NCBI GenBank assembly: GCA_044892525.1
Contig: CM097886.1
Span: forward strand, 166,706,312-166,770,311
Direction of reading: 5' to 3'
Source: Schmidtea polychroa
Taxonomy: Eukaryota
DNA: 64,000 nucleotides
The position numbers and the translations under genes are program-made. Below, one piece after another: positions 13,667 through 27,099 of the stretch (within the stretch, counting starts at the first letter, position 1; each line of letters starts with the position of its first letter). The notes beneath the pieces were generated by a model. The model did not search any database, was not told where the DNA came from, and saw only the letters and a list, made by a program, of their open reading frames with translations.

Positions 13667-14568
13667 TTTAACTTTTGAACATTATCAACAAAGTTTTTGA
13701 TTTTTCTATTGATGAAAAATCACGAGGGTTTACTATTTTGGCTTGAAATATTTAAAATAAGTGGAATATATTTTATTTATTAAATAAAAATAAGCAATAC
13801 CACTGCGCCTGTCTGAAATAATCGAATTTTGACTATTTATAAGATAGTAGTAAGGAAAATTTAAATAAGGAATATTAATTTGTAAAGACCGTGGGGATTT
13901 GTTATTTTTTCAATAAAGATATTGCTACAAAATAAAGCATTTATTATTTCACTGTAAAATACTGATGTATACAATTTTTTTTGAAAGGGCGTAAAGTTTG
14001 CATTGCTACTCCTCTGGACAATATTAGAATTTATTAGTTTTAAGGAATTTTAATTTTGACATTGATAAAATATTTAACGTTATCATAACAAGCGCATAAT
14101 ATATGGTCTACCATAGTATTTTATAGTACTACAGCGGGAAAAACATCCATTAATCATAAAAATTTACATTTTTTAAAAAAAATATTTTACATTCGAAGAA
14201 TCCAAAAAATTTATTAGTTTAAACACAGTTTTTTTCCGACGTGATATCTACGACATACAGGGGGGCAATTTAAAAATAAGTTATTAAGTATTAAAATCAA
14301 TAAAAAATTAAAATTTTTTAAATCAATAATCGCGATTTGACCTTGAAAAAATGAAGGGGGCAGGGGCCTCGGTTGCTAACCAGTGCGCGGTAACTAATGG
14401 TGCAGTAATTGGCTCACATCTACCTACCCTAATAGCATTAGAAATAGAAAAACACATAAAAATTTATATTTTGCATATAATACCATTGCCGAAAATTCAA
14501 TTAAAACAAGAACACAAAATCAATATTATTCGAATCTATTTACAGCAAAAATGATCACAATCAATATT

Positions 14569-15012
14569 TCACAGATAAATAATTTTTCTATTTATCGATT
14601 TTGATTTTCTTCTTCTCAATTTCGTTTTTTCCGGCATCAATTCATCCCGCTCATTGCTGATCGAGCTCTTTCGCAGTCGGGATTTGATATTGTCTCCCTC
14701 TGATTCCGCCAGCTTTCTCGTGAGTTTCTTTTCTTTCTTCGAAATCTTCAATGAATTTTTCACGTTCTTTTCGATACGAGAATTTTTATTTTTTCGTTTC
14801 CTCCGATCGGGAATCGACAGGGAATCGTTAGCAACGGTTGCCACAGCGGAACCATTCAAAGAGCAGTCCATCATTTCCACCGATGACACTCGATCGGAAA
14901 TCGAGTGAAGTGCTGCAGAAACGCTGCCCAGTAGTTTTTTCTTTTCCCGGTAATTCAATGAGCGACCGGTCGATATTTCCTGGAGCCAGAACTCCATCCG
15001 TTCCTGGGTCAT
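14569..15012 (-). CDS. Lys/Arg/Ser-rich hypothetical protein or exon (147 aa)
   Basis: Open frame with higher GC than its flanks and a basic NLS-like C-terminal half. No recognisable domain. Confidence 0.4.
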   Translation of the reverse strand: MTQERMEFWLQEISTGRSLNYREKKKLLGSVSAALHSISDRVSSVEMMDCSLNGSAVATVANDSLSIPDRRKRKNKNSRIEKNVKNSLKISKKEKKLTRKLAESEGDNIKSRLRKSSISNERDELMPEKTKLRRRKSKSINRKIIYL

Positions 15013-15144
15013 GCTGGAATCCCCCGGTAGATATCCGTGATCTCTGCAATCGATAATCGAGTTAATCCGTGTTTTATATTAAGGAATAGCTCAACCCGCC
15101 CAATTTTATCAAACATCCAATAGGAAACCGTGAAATTTTCCAAT

Positions 15145-15720
15145 CGATTTTGATTGGTCAATTTTGTTTTTGGCATCGGTTCATTTCTCAAAATGGAAAA
15201 TGCAAAGATCATAATCAATATTTACCCCCCCCCCCCCCTCAGTGTCAAAAGGAAGAGCAATAAGTGAACTAATCGCAAATTATTAACCAACCAATCAAAT
15301 TCATTTTAGACACATATCAATTGAAAAGTTCAAATACACTAATAAACAGTAACAAAACATAATTTATCTCTATATATGATTAAATCTACGAAATATCTCA
15401 ATAACCCCACCAGTACCAGGAAACGGAACGCTCGATTTTGATTGGTCAATTTTGATTTTTTACATGGTTCATTTCTCAAAATGGAAAATGCAAAGATCAT
15501 AATCAATATTTACCCCCCCCCCTTCCTCAGTGTCAAAAGGAAGAGCAATAAGTGAACTAATCGCAAATTATTAATCAACCAATCAAATTCATTTTAGACA
15601 CATTTCAATTGAAAAGTTCAAATACAGTAATAAACAGTAACAAAACATAATTTATCTCCATATATGATTAAATCTACGAAATACCTCAATAACCCCACCC
15701 GTACCAACAAACGGAACGCT
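15145..15720. repeat. Tandem direct duplication, 2 x 288 bp (15145-15432, 15433-15720)
   Basis: Both units start CGATTTTGATTGGTCAATTTTG and end AAACGGAACGCT, and are near identical. Confidence 0.9.
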
Positions 15721-15893
15721 CCCCCCCGCAAAAAAAAATTGACCATGTTAATAAAATTCATTCAATATAATATAAAAATCTGTAAATAAACATAATCGAT
15801 ATGATACGGGAGGAGTAAATCCAGATAAGGAAAAGGGACGAGGGAGGATGTTCTATCACACGCGTTATGGCAAATATCGATCTAAATTGATAC

Positions 15894-17484
15894 TCACATA
15901 AAATTTTTCAATTTCTTTCGCAGCTTTTTCCTCAAATACGGCGGCAATTTATCGAGATTTGCTGTTTCACTTGGGAACAATTTCTTCAGCAATTCTGTGG
16001 TGATTCCCGGCAATTTCGTCGGCACCTTAGGAACGGTACCGTTTTGGGATTGTGGAGTCGAGCTGATTTGCAGGGGTGTCGAACTGTTGACGAGAATGGG
16101 TTTCGGTTGACGAGTTTTCGGCTGGTTGTCATTTGGCATTTCCTTGACAATCGGGCTTAGCATGATAACTCCATCACCGAATTGTGAGTTTTTCATTTCC
16201 ACGTCGGATAAATCGGGCTCATTTCTCTCGGATTCTTTGACAATTGTTGTTACGTTCATGTTTTCCATGAATGACGGAAATTCGACCTCGCTGCCTGATA
16301 ATATATCGTTTACAGTCGGCTTTGCTTTAGTTGAATATCTAATTCCCGCTCTTTGATAAATGTCGAAATCGTCATATTTTATAATTTCCATAATTGGGGG
16401 AGGCCCAACAAAATGAGAATTCATTCGATTTCTCGGACATTGCTCGGTAAAATGTCCGGATTTGGCACAATTAGCACAAAATACCGAAGACTTGTTTTGA
16501 CTGGAAAACTTCTTGAAAATTGGCGGTCCAGGAGCAAGAGTATATTTATATTGACGCCAAATGTCAGGACAAATCTAAAATTATTTAATTAACTTTGAAA
16601 TATATATTTTATAATCAATAAATGTAATCAATAAATTAATTCAATATTTAATTAAACTAATAAATAAAAATATTTACCTGTTCAGAGTGACCACGTTGAC
16701 CACATCGCTTACATCGTAAACTGAGAAATGTTTTTGTCGATTGACATGATTTTGTTCGATGATCAATGTTAAAACAGCTAAAACAAATGATTGTGTCACA
16801 TTTCTTATTATTATGGCCTTCTTTTCCACAAGAAATACACACAGGCCCAGTTCTTACGCACTGTTCATCAGTGTGACCCTTTTTCGTACATATTCCACAA
16901 ACAGATTTCGAATTATTGTCATAATATCTACTGCTAAATTTATTTTTTGATGCTGGAATATAATCAACTGCCCAATTAAGATCAGTTGATTTAACGTCGA
17001 AAAATAGATTGTCAACACTATTAAAACTCTCTTGTTCGTTAATAAGAACGTTGATTTGCTTCTTATCAGAGACAATATTTAGCATTAACGAAGAAGTATC
17101 GGAATTTAAAACATTGTGTATAGCCTCATAATCACTTTCATCAGAACTTGAACCGACACATAAAGCATTATTAACATTAGAACATTTTAATATTTCAACA
17201 CTCTGACTAGTGTCAGAATCAGAATCTGATGTAACTATAGAATAAATAGTTGAATCACTCGAATTTACTAAATTAATAACAATATCTTCATTATCTGATT
17301 TGACTTCATTATTTTCACTGTTGCTCAAATTGTTTAAAGTTAGTGGAACATTTTTTTCTTCTAGATTAGATGCTTTTCTGACAAAAGTTGGACATTCGTC
17401 ATAATATAATAAATTATAGGCTTGTTGTTCCAGATCAGAATCTATATCATCGCTATCGTGCCAAGAATTAGGACTATTTACCAT
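15894..17484 (-). CDS. ZCCHC7: Zinc finger CCHC protein 7 / AIR1-like TRAMP subunit; exons 16678-17484 and 15894-16574, 103-nt intron, about 495 aa
   Basis: Donor CAG|GTAAAT at 16677 and acceptor TTTTAG| at 16575. Splicing completes knuckle 4 (CKRCGQRGHSEQ|IC), followed by IWRQY..PGPP and knuckle 5. Five CCHC knuckles, acidic N-terminus; exon 2 is in frame with ORF 15894-16424. Confidence 0.9.
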
Positions 17485-18328
17485 TAAAAAAAATTTATAA
17501 TATTAAATAAAAAAATTTATATAATATTATTTAAACAAATCTTTTTAATTTAAATGTCGTGAAGTGTTAAAGTTAGGAATATATAAATGAAAACTTACCA
17601 AATTAATTACTTTAAAAAATTTGCAAAATAATTTTAAAATATTGCATAGAATTATAAAAAAGGATAATTCAATAATTTTAAATTTTGAAAAATTTAAATT
17701 TTTATAATTTTTAAATTAACAATTATTTGTAATTTTAAGGAAATTAATCAGTTTAATTTTAAAATTAAAGTATCAGTATTACATAGAAAGTGATAATGCA
17801 TGTGTAAATTACTTTTTAAATCAGGAGTTTCAAATCTTGATAATGCAACGGGCTTATATATTAATGTAAAAAAACCTATAATACACCAGACACCACTGAG
17901 ATACATTTTCTATAGTGGTAATTGGCGTGTACAGCAATTGATCACTCACCAATTTAATGAATTTCATTTACATGTATGAATTGCTCATCATGAAATTTAT
18001 TTTAGAAATGGCTTTCAGGTAAGATGTTTAATTTTAAGTTAATTTTAAGGCTTCAAGTTCTTAAATATAACAGCATAATTATAAAGTATTTTTAATTAAT
18101 TTTCAAGGATTTTAGGAATTTTATGACAATTATTTTAAAGTATTTTGGAATTATTTCGTAAAAATGTGAGTCAGATATACTTTTAATTATAAATAAATCA
18201 ATCATCAAAAATATGTATTTTTCTAAGCAGTTAAATATCAAATACATGAATATGGTATCCACAATAAGCATGCATAAATGTGCAACAATATATAATCATA
18301 GTTATGCACAAAGTTAAGCAGTTATTTA

Positions 18329-19390
18329 TGTTGAGGTCTGTAAATTAAAATTAAAATTTAAATGAAATTTAGGATAATAATTCAAATAGAAAGTAAGCGA
18401 AGAAAAAAGACAAATAAAAGCGGGATCGCGCACAGAATCAATAGTAAAGGAAAGTGTGATGGAAACAGTATTAGAAAATGCCAAAAGCAATTACGAAAGG
18501 CAAGAATCCGGAAATCCGAGAAAAATCAATAAATTGTAAAACCATCGAAATCAAATTGGGAAAACGGGACAGGTAAAGATTAGCTAATGGTCAACAAGAT
18601 GATGACTAGGGATTTATCAGAAAATGGTTAGGAAGGGTCGAAAAACATTCAAATGTATGAAAACAGAAAACGTTAATTAATTAATTAATTGGCTAATGGA
18701 AAACCCGAGCCAATGGGAAACCCGAGCCAATGGAGAACCCGAGAGATAAAGGAAACCCGAGCTGAGTAAACAAGAAGAAAAGCAAACAGAAGGAAGATTT
18801 GGGCCCATTAGCTTGACACAATGATTAATGGGAAAAGAGCAAGGAGAAGATAGCGCGCGTAGGAAGACCGGAAGGGCCATTAATTATCTGGATTCGTTGG
18901 ACCATTATGGGTGACAGCCGAAGCAAATACGTAGGAGCAAATGTCAAATGAAAGATTGGCTCGTCAATAACCATTTGTCATCCTGATTTCGAGGAGTATA
19001 TAAGCAAAGGGAAAATCAGAGAAAATCGGCATTTTGCCTCAGCTAAGGTTCGAAGAATTAGAGCGTAGGAAAAGGCGGATACGAATTAGGGAAATTAGAG
19101 AAAAGAAGAAATAGAATTAGGAATAAGGAAAGGTGAAAAGGAATCAAATCAAACAGAAACTGAGGAAAACGTGGGTCAAGAGAATCCAAAGGACTAAAAG
19201 GTGAATATTATCTATTTGCAAAGCATCAACGCCGAGCGGAGAATCGTATAAAACTTTGATTAGTAATTGTAAAGTGGTGATAATCAATTGTGAACCTGTT
19301 GTTTCAATATACGTTGTGTCGTTCATTGCTTTGATTTAAAGAACACTAGGAGTCAGAGGGAACCGACTTAAAGTAATCTAAAACCCAACA
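18329..19390 (+). mobile_element. Solo LTR (1062 bp)
   Basis: TGTTG...CAACA termini, 4-bp TSD TTTA (18325-18328, 19391-19394), internal TATATAA box, no coding content. Confidence 0.75.
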
Positions 19391-19446
19391 TTTATAACGA
19401 TACATTTTTATGGAAAACGATACATTTTTCTGGAAAACGATACTGC

Positions 19447-20180
19447 TGTTGGGTTATTGGGTTGGTAGTTATATTTAAAAGTTACCAATCAAATCTCTGA
19501 CTACAAAGCGTGTTTTATCTGATCCACAAAATAACAATTGTTTATTGATTATCACAATTGATTACACGAATTATAACAACGCGATCAATTCAATACTTAA
19601 ATAGGTTGTTGTAACACTGCGTGAGGAATAGTTCTACACGTATAACTCCCAAACACTTAACAATCATCGGCCGCTTATCTGACTCAATAATTTGATAAAT
19701 TGAATTGAATTTCCTTTGCTTTGACTTGAATTTATTCAATATACTTTAAACCTTTCTTATTAAACTCAATTTTGCCACACCTTTTGGTTCCAATATGTTC
19801 TTTTCTTTTCAATTTTTCTTTTCTCACTCTAGTTTCCCTAATTCTCAATTTCTCAAATTTTCTCTAATATTTGATTCTGAATTATTTTATTGCCTATTAA
19901 TTTCCTCCACTACTAAATGTCCTGATTTCATTATGAAAACTTTTGCTTTTATAGACCGCACTTGACAGACACTTATGATTATTCATTTTTTCCATTCCTG
20001 TCTCTCCATGGTTTGTATAGCTCTTATATTATCACTGGTAGTTCCGGATAAATTGTCATTTCTTTTCATTTTTGCTGCTGACATTTTCTATACTTTTTAC
20101 AACTTCCGTGTCGCCCTTAATATTTCGTCACTCAGGATAGTTCGGAGATGGCGATTTTGTTTTCCAATTTTGGAATTCTT
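19447..20180 (-). mobile_element. LTR-like sequence, relative of 27100-27870
   Basis: Ends ...CCCAATAACCCAACA on minus and has a CTATAAAAG box. Long near-identical stretches are shared with 27100-27870 in the opposite orientation. The 5' boundary is approximate. Confidence 0.6.
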
Positions 20181-20414
20181 TTTTTGATTTCTTGTACTTA
20201 TTTTTTTGTAATGGCTTTTTTCTATAGGATCTTTTTTTGTATTGAATTTTTTTTGTATTGAAAATCCCAGAAAAATATGTGTTGCCCACTGCCTCAGTTA
20301 CGTAAAAAAAACTGATTGCCGCAAAGTTTTTCCTAAGGGGGGTTACCCCCCCCCCCCTTGCGACAGGGGGCTACTAACTACATACTAATGTCTAAAATTA
20401 AAACGAATCCTAAC

Positions 20415-21780
20415 ATGGCGAGACGCCTATGCTGCAGCTTATTAGACGTCAGAAACATTAGAAATCGGTAATGACATAGGAAAAGTTTTCGAAGAAACAG
20501 ATAAATCTTTTGAGTTTACTCAGACAGCCGAAGAACACAGAGGAGATTTATCAAAGCGTTTTTATCAATGAAAGCAATGCAAAAGTTCGAGGAAATGGAT
20601 TATGAAATTCACTAAAAGGAAAGAATATATATCTTTATGAAGCCATCTAACTTAACAAATTATCTCAACAAAGCCTTATGATTTCGAAGAGGAGTAGAAA
20701 CAATTAATGAATTTTTTTAAATATTGAGAAGCTAGTAAAGAATGTAGTCAGGCACATCTGACAAAAGAAGATATGAAAATATATTTAATTCAAAATGCTC
20801 TCGACGATAGAGAAATTAAGAAAGATTTAAAATTACAAGGACTAAAAACATTCGAAGAAATAAAAAATCAATTGGTCAAATATGATGATATTAAAAAAGA
20901 AATTGAAATCGAAAACATTGCTTCAATACGGCATGTAAAGAAAAATTATGCTTAGGTAGCGATGTTGAATGAAGGACAAACATGGAATCAAAGAAAACCA
21001 TATCATCGTCAAAGCAATGAAATAATCGAACAAAGTCAGACTGTGGGACGACCGGAAACAAATGTTCAAAGATCAGGAAATCGAAATGAGTGGGAAATGA
21101 GGACAATTTAAAGAAGGACAACAGAGGTCCGCGAGACATTTTAACGGATCGATTAGGAGAAATGTTTATAAAAACCAAGATAATCGCATGCGAAGATGTT
21201 GGGGTTGTAGAGGAGAAGGTCATCTAAGATCAGAATGCCCAAATGTCAAATGCAACCATTGTCACAAGAATGGACATTTCAAACAACAGTGTTATGAAGT
21301 TAGTCCACAAAGGAAGTTCCAGAGTTCTCGGTACATGGCTGCCTTCCGACATCTGGGGAAGTGATCTGAGTCATAAATTGAATGTAAGTGATATTTCGAA
21401 CAATGTTTGCATGTATATAAATGATTGTGAATGTATGTATCACCTGAATGAGAATGAATGTAATTTGAATGTTGATATGTATTTTGATAATAGTTTGAAT
21501 GAACTTAATAATTATAATATTTATGATTTATATAATTTTAATTAAAATAAATTAATTTTTAAACAAATCGCTCTAGTAACGTTAAAAGCCCGAATACTTG
21601 CAATATAAAAGTGGAAAATCCTAAAGAATTTATAATTAATTATAGCCATATGGTAGGAAGACCCAGTGTTGAAATTGAAATAAATAAAGGAAAAGCAATG
21701 TCTATGCTTAATACAAGGGCAAAGATTAATGTTTTAGAATACGAAATTTATAAAAGATTTGGAAGTAACATTGGAGTAAT
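20415..21780 (+). pseudogene. Decayed Ty3/Gypsy gag-protease
   Basis: CTAACA|TGGCGA start as in the intact element; knuckles RCWGCRGEGHLRSECPNVKCNHCHKNGHFKQQC near 21190-21290; protease-like GRPSVEIEI...LNTRAKINV near 21655-21735. Confidence 0.8.
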
Positions 21781-22050
21781 GTGATTTTGAGTTGATTTTT
21801 TTCTTTGACTTTCTTCGAAAACTTTATTCAAATATTCCATTAATTTCTTTACGTTTATTTCTCAACTAATTCTTTTCTGAAAATCTTCTCCGACAATTAT
21901 TCCTTAAAATTTATTCTCCAACAAATCGTTTTCCAAAAAATATTCGTCTCAATGACTTCTATAAATTTCTCCCACAATTTCTCCGTTAATTTTCTCTGTA
22001 AGTTTTATCTCCTTTTCCCGTAAACCTTGCCTCATTTTCCTTTTCGTTTC

Positions 22051-22161
22051 AATATAATTATAAAACAATATTTAACAATATAATTATAAAATAATATTTA
22101 ACAATATAATTATAAAATAATATTTTACAATATAATTATAAAATAATATTTAACAATATAA
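22051..22161. repeat. 26-bp minisatellite, about 4.3 copies
   Basis: Tandem unit AATATAATTATAAAA(C/T)AATATTT(A/T)AC. Confidence 0.85.
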
Positions 22162-23058
22162 AAGTTTGTTTAATTGAGTGGAATTCTGTTTAATTTAGTA
22201 TCGAATGAATTTAATTTTATTATTTTATCGGACTTTCATTTTGAATTTTTATACTTATATATTTCTGGGAATCTGTTCGGTATTTTACTTTATTAATCCC
22301 GATTTATTTAAATGTGCTATGAAAACCCTTTTGCAGGGATTTGCTAGCCATTTTATGTTTAATTTGATACAACTTATGATTTTGTATTTGATCCTTTTAA
22401 ACATTATGAAAGTTTTGAAATTTGATTTTTAGCATTCACTTTTATATTTGATGGCAAATTTATATTTTAAGTTAATAAAACTTGATTTTTACTGCAATAA
22501 AATTTGATTTAGAGGTCAACATATAAATGACATGAAAAGTTTTATAATTTTTATAATGAAATTCATTTTTGTAATAATTCCCTTCCAAATTAGATAACAA
22601 ATATTTTTTTGCCATTGAAATAATCTATTTTGTATTTATAAATTTATGTGTCTTAGGCAATGTGAAATTTGACCAATGAAAATAAGCTATGTTTTGATTG
22701 GACAAAATCAGTTGGTATAATTCAATGCAAAAGTACGCTATTTGATCATTAAAACAAAATAATACTGCGGAAAATATAAAAATTTAATTTCGAAAAAAAT
22801 AAATATAAATTAAAATTTACTCCTTTCTATTTTGTCATCCATAATGTCCCATTATTGAACCATGCTAAAAGATCCTTTGCAGCAATGTGGTTGAACTTCC
22901 ATTTTCTGTATGAAATAACCTTAAGGGCAGGCCCGGTTTTAGGCATAGGCGACGTCGGCAGCAGCCTAGGGCGCCGATTTACAAGCGGGAGCCAAATAGT
23001 TCTGCTTTTTTTATCAAGTAAATTAAATATTTTATAAACTTTCTATCTTTATATTGAT

Positions 23059-23203
23059 NNNNNNNNNNNNNNNNNNNNNNNNNNNNNNNNNNNNNNNNNN
23101 NNNNNNNNNNNNNNNNNNNNNNNNNNNNNNNNNNNNNNNNNNNNNNNNNNNNNNNNNNNNNNNNNNNNNNNNNNNNNNNNNNNNNNNNNNNNNNNNNNNN
23201 NNN
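23059..23203. other. Assembly gap (others at 42959-43128, 47171-47355, 61709-61920)
   Basis: Runs of N. Confidence 1.
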
Positions 23204-23664
23204 TTCCATCGTTGTTTTAGTCCGATACCGATTACTTATTTCTTTTAAAATTTAAAAAAATACAACGGAAAATCGATTTAAAAAAATATTTTGCAAGTTC
23301 AAAAAAGTTAACTGAAAAGCGGTTTTAAAAAAAATTTAGCATATAGCATGCTCTGAAATTTTTTTAAATTACGCAATAATTTTTAGTTTTATTTTAAAAG
23401 AATAAAGTCACATGCAGTAAAGTTTTAAAAGACTAAAGTTAATGTTAAAAAAGTTAAAAAATAAATAAACAGAAAGTGAAAAAAAAAATAAAATTTAATT
23501 AGTGCAGGGCTCAAATTTTTTTTATTTAAAGTATATATAATTTCGGTCGTACTTCCAGTATAATTTTTACATATATACAACACAGTAATTTAATTTATAT
23601 TGGATTTTTCTACACCTATTATTAAATCTATTATATTCTATTAATTTTTACTTGAGGTAGCATA

Positions 23665-26306
23665 ATGGCAGATAGAAAAAAATTATCTGGCGCACAAAAT
23701 AGAAAACGTAAAGCTGAAAAGAAAAATGAAGAAAAAAAGCAAGAAGGTGCTTTTCTGAAATATATTTGTCGTCAACAATCACAAGATAAAAATCGAAATG
23801 AAATGACTCCGAGAAAACAAGTATACTGCAATTTGGAAGAGCAAATGGATAGGAACTCTACAACTAGAAATGCAGAGGTGCCTATTTTGACTGAGTTTCC
23901 ACATACGAATGTGGAAGAAACTATAGAAGAAACTGAAGTTGAAACAATTGAAGAAACTGTTGAAGAACCTATAGAAGAAATTGTATTAGAAACTATAGAA
24001 GACACTGAAGAAATTTTAATTAATGAAACTTTGGAAATATTAGAAAGCGTAAATTCGAGTCTTGATTATAGTGATCCGGCAACTTGGTTAAATTCACATG
24101 ACTTACGTTCTGGCCGTTTGAGGCAAATTTTGGTTGAACACGGACCAGAACAAATTGAAGAATTTGATTTTCCTCAAAATGAGAGCCATAGAAAATTTTC
24201 AATGAATTTTTATAGAAGGAGACTTGCAAATGGAGAAGAAATGCGGCGTCATTGGCTACAGTATTCCAAAACAACTAATTCGGCTTTCTGCTTTTGTTGC
24301 AAAATTTTTAATAATAACCAGCGTGTAATACATCTCTCCGATAAAGGATCAAGCGATTGGAAAAATATGTCTGTAATTTTAGAAAGACATGAGAAAAATA
24401 AGGATCATTTAATTAATTTTCAAACTTGGAAGGAGCTAGAATTGCGTTTAAAAAAGAATAAAACTATTGACCAGGATAATTTGCGTCTCATAAAACAAGA
24501 AGAGAGACACTGGCAACAAGTCTTAGAGCGTCTTATAGGTCTAGTTAAAGTGCTTGCTACGCAAAATATTGCATTTCGCGGAAGCAATGAAAAATTGTAT
24601 TCTCCTGGAAATGGAAACTTCCTTAGCTTTGTAGAATATTTGGCCTCTTTTGATCCAATTATGGGTGAGCATCTTCGCAGAATAAAGAACAATGAAACAC
24701 AAGTTCATTATTTGGGAAAAGATATTCAGAATGAGTTAATACAACTTTTATCTAAGAGTATTAAAACAAAAATTTTAAATTCGATTTCCATGGCTAAATA
24801 TTTTTCAATAATCCTGGATTGCACACCAGACGTTAGCCATACTGAACAAATGACGTTGATTATTCGTTTTGTCCATACAAATACAGAAAATTGTGATTTA
24901 GATCCCATATGCATAAGAGAACATTTTTTGGGATTTGTGAAACTAACAGATACAACTGGTGCTGGTATGACCGATGAAATCGTTCAGATGTTAGCAGATA
25001 TGTCATTACCTATTGAGAACTTGCGTGGCCAAGGATACGATAATGGTAGCAATATGAAAGGCAAAGAAAATGGCGAATTCTGAATCTAAATCCACGAGCA
25101 CTATTTGTTCCTTGTTCTGCGCATTCTTTGAATCTGGTTGTTAATGACGCTGTAAGCTGTTGTTTAGATGCTACATCATTTTTTATGTTAGTGCAACGAA
25201 TATATGTCTATTTTGCCGCTTCAACACGTCGATGGGAAGTTTTAAAACGTCATGCTTCAAACTTGACAGTGAAGCCATTGAGCGATACAAGATGGGAGAG
25301 CCGAATCGATGCCCTTAAACCTCTACGCTATCAGCTAAGTAAAGTTATTGCTGCACTTATTGATATTTTTCAAGATACTTCTCAAACAGGAGTTTCTGGT
25401 AATACTTCACGTATAGAAGCACAGGGCCTTGCTAAAGCTATTTCGAATTTCGAGTTTGTAGTTTCTGTTATTATCTGGTATGATATTCTTTTCAACATAA
25501 ATATTACAAGCAAACAACTTCAATCTGAGAAAATTAATATTCAAGATGCTATGAAGCTACTAGAAGATACCAAAAAATTTCTATTCAACTCCCGAAATGA
25601 TGAAGGTTTTGAAAGAATATTGGTAGATGCGCGAGAACTTGCTGAAGAATCAGAAATTTCCCCAATCTTTAAACAAACTCAGCGTATCAGAAAACAAAAA
25701 AAACAGTTCGAATATGAAGCCAACGATGAGCCCATTCAGAACCCAAAAGAAAAATTTAAGATCAGCTTTTACTTCGCAGTTTTGGATAGAGCTTTAAAAT
25801 CTGTTGAGCAAAGATTCACCCAAATGTCAACGATAAATTCAACATTTGGATTTCTATACAACATACATAATTTGCAATATATTTCGTCAAAGAAAATATT
25901 AGAGGATTGTCTTAAACTGGAAAATTTTTTACGGCACGATGATTCTAAAGATATTGATGGTACAGATTTATTGAACGAATTGATATTTATAGCTAGACAT
26001 ATTCCAAAAAACTTATTGCCGGAAGATGTACTTAATTATATTTGTAAAAATAATATAGTGGACAGCGTTCCAAATATATTTGTTGCTTTGCGAATTTTAT
26101 TAACCCTACCAGTTTCTGTGGCAAGCGGTGAACGAAGCTTTTCGAAGCTTAAACAGATCAAAACATATATAAGATCTACAATGTCACAAGAACGGCTTGT
26201 GGGATTAGCAATATTGTCGATTGAACACGAAATGGCGCGTGATATAGATACGAAGTTGCTGCTTGAAGATTTCGCTAAACTAAAAGCACGAAAAATTAAA
26301 TTTTAA
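23665..26306 (+). pseudogene. hAT transposase (ZMYM1-like: TTF zinc finger, DUF4371-like, hAT dimerisation) split by one frameshift near 25075
   Basis: ORFs 23665-25083 and 25128-26306; motifs WLQYS..FCFCC, ILDCTPD, GQGYDNGSNM, CSAHSLNL, TRW, PVSVASGERSFS. RILNLNPRALFVPC reads in the second frame directly after KENG, implying a short deletion. Confidence 0.9.
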
Positions 26307-26559
26307 ATGGTTTTTGTTTTTATATATATTTTTGTGTAATAAATAAATGAAGTATAGTTATTTTATTTTCATTTACTTCTTTAATTATTGGGTTTGTTTC
26401 TAGACTAGAGGCGCCATTTTTTTAGTTTGCCTAGGGCGCCAAATACTCTAGCGTCGGGCCTGCTTAAGGGTAATCAAATTATTTTATTTCTTTACCCATG
26501 ATTTCAATTGCTATGAAATTTTCGCGACTAGTTAACTTAAGGCCCTCAAACAACAGCAC

Positions 26560-26790
26560 GTCTTCCTTGATTCCAAACCCACCGTTCCCTTTCATTAATG
26601 TCTGTGGACACTCAATATCTAAAATTTTGATTGCATTTCCTGACTATTTTGCTTACTATTTACTGGCCCACAAATGTTACATCTTACTTGAATTCCGAAA
26701 CGAAATCGACAAGTTTTTGCTCAATGCCCAAAATTTTCACATTTATGACATTTGAATCGCAAATGACCATCATTTTAACTTTCAAAACAT
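26560..26790 (-). pseudogene. Non-LTR retrotransposon ORF1-like zinc-knuckle remnant
   Basis: Minus strand reads FKCHKCENFGH*AKTCR followed by VRCNICG. Confidence 0.5.
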
Positions 26791-27099
26791 TTAATTGGGT
26801 TTCTTGCTGTAATGCAATTATAATTAAGTATAAATGTTTTTGATGTTTTTGTTCTTTTAATTAACTATGGAAACGAAATCGAAATCGTGTCGAAAATAGT
26901 CCTAACATGAGTTGCTAAGTCCTATTGACAACTTCAAACTCAAAATTTCCAAAACATCCACTTTTCCATACAAACTGGCTACAAAGCGACTTTTTTTTGA
27001 AAAACTCGTAAACCTACACTTCGTCATCTTGACTACATCCTCCTAGAAGCTAAATCAGTTTGTGTGATCATGAAAGCTTGTGATTTTTCATAGTATAAT

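Larger units (their letters stand above)
22928..26462 (+). mobile_element. hAT DNA transposon, near full length
   Basis: TIR CAGGCCCG/CGGGCCTG, 8-bp TSD CTTAAGGG (22920-22927, 26463-26470), subterminal GCCTAGGGCGCC at both ends. Contains an N gap at 23059-23203. Confidence 0.95.

Noticed and set aside
15894-17484. Two separate genes (ORFs 15894-16424 and 16657-17484)
   Set aside because: A 103-nt GT-AG intron joins them in frame and completes a CCHC knuckle.
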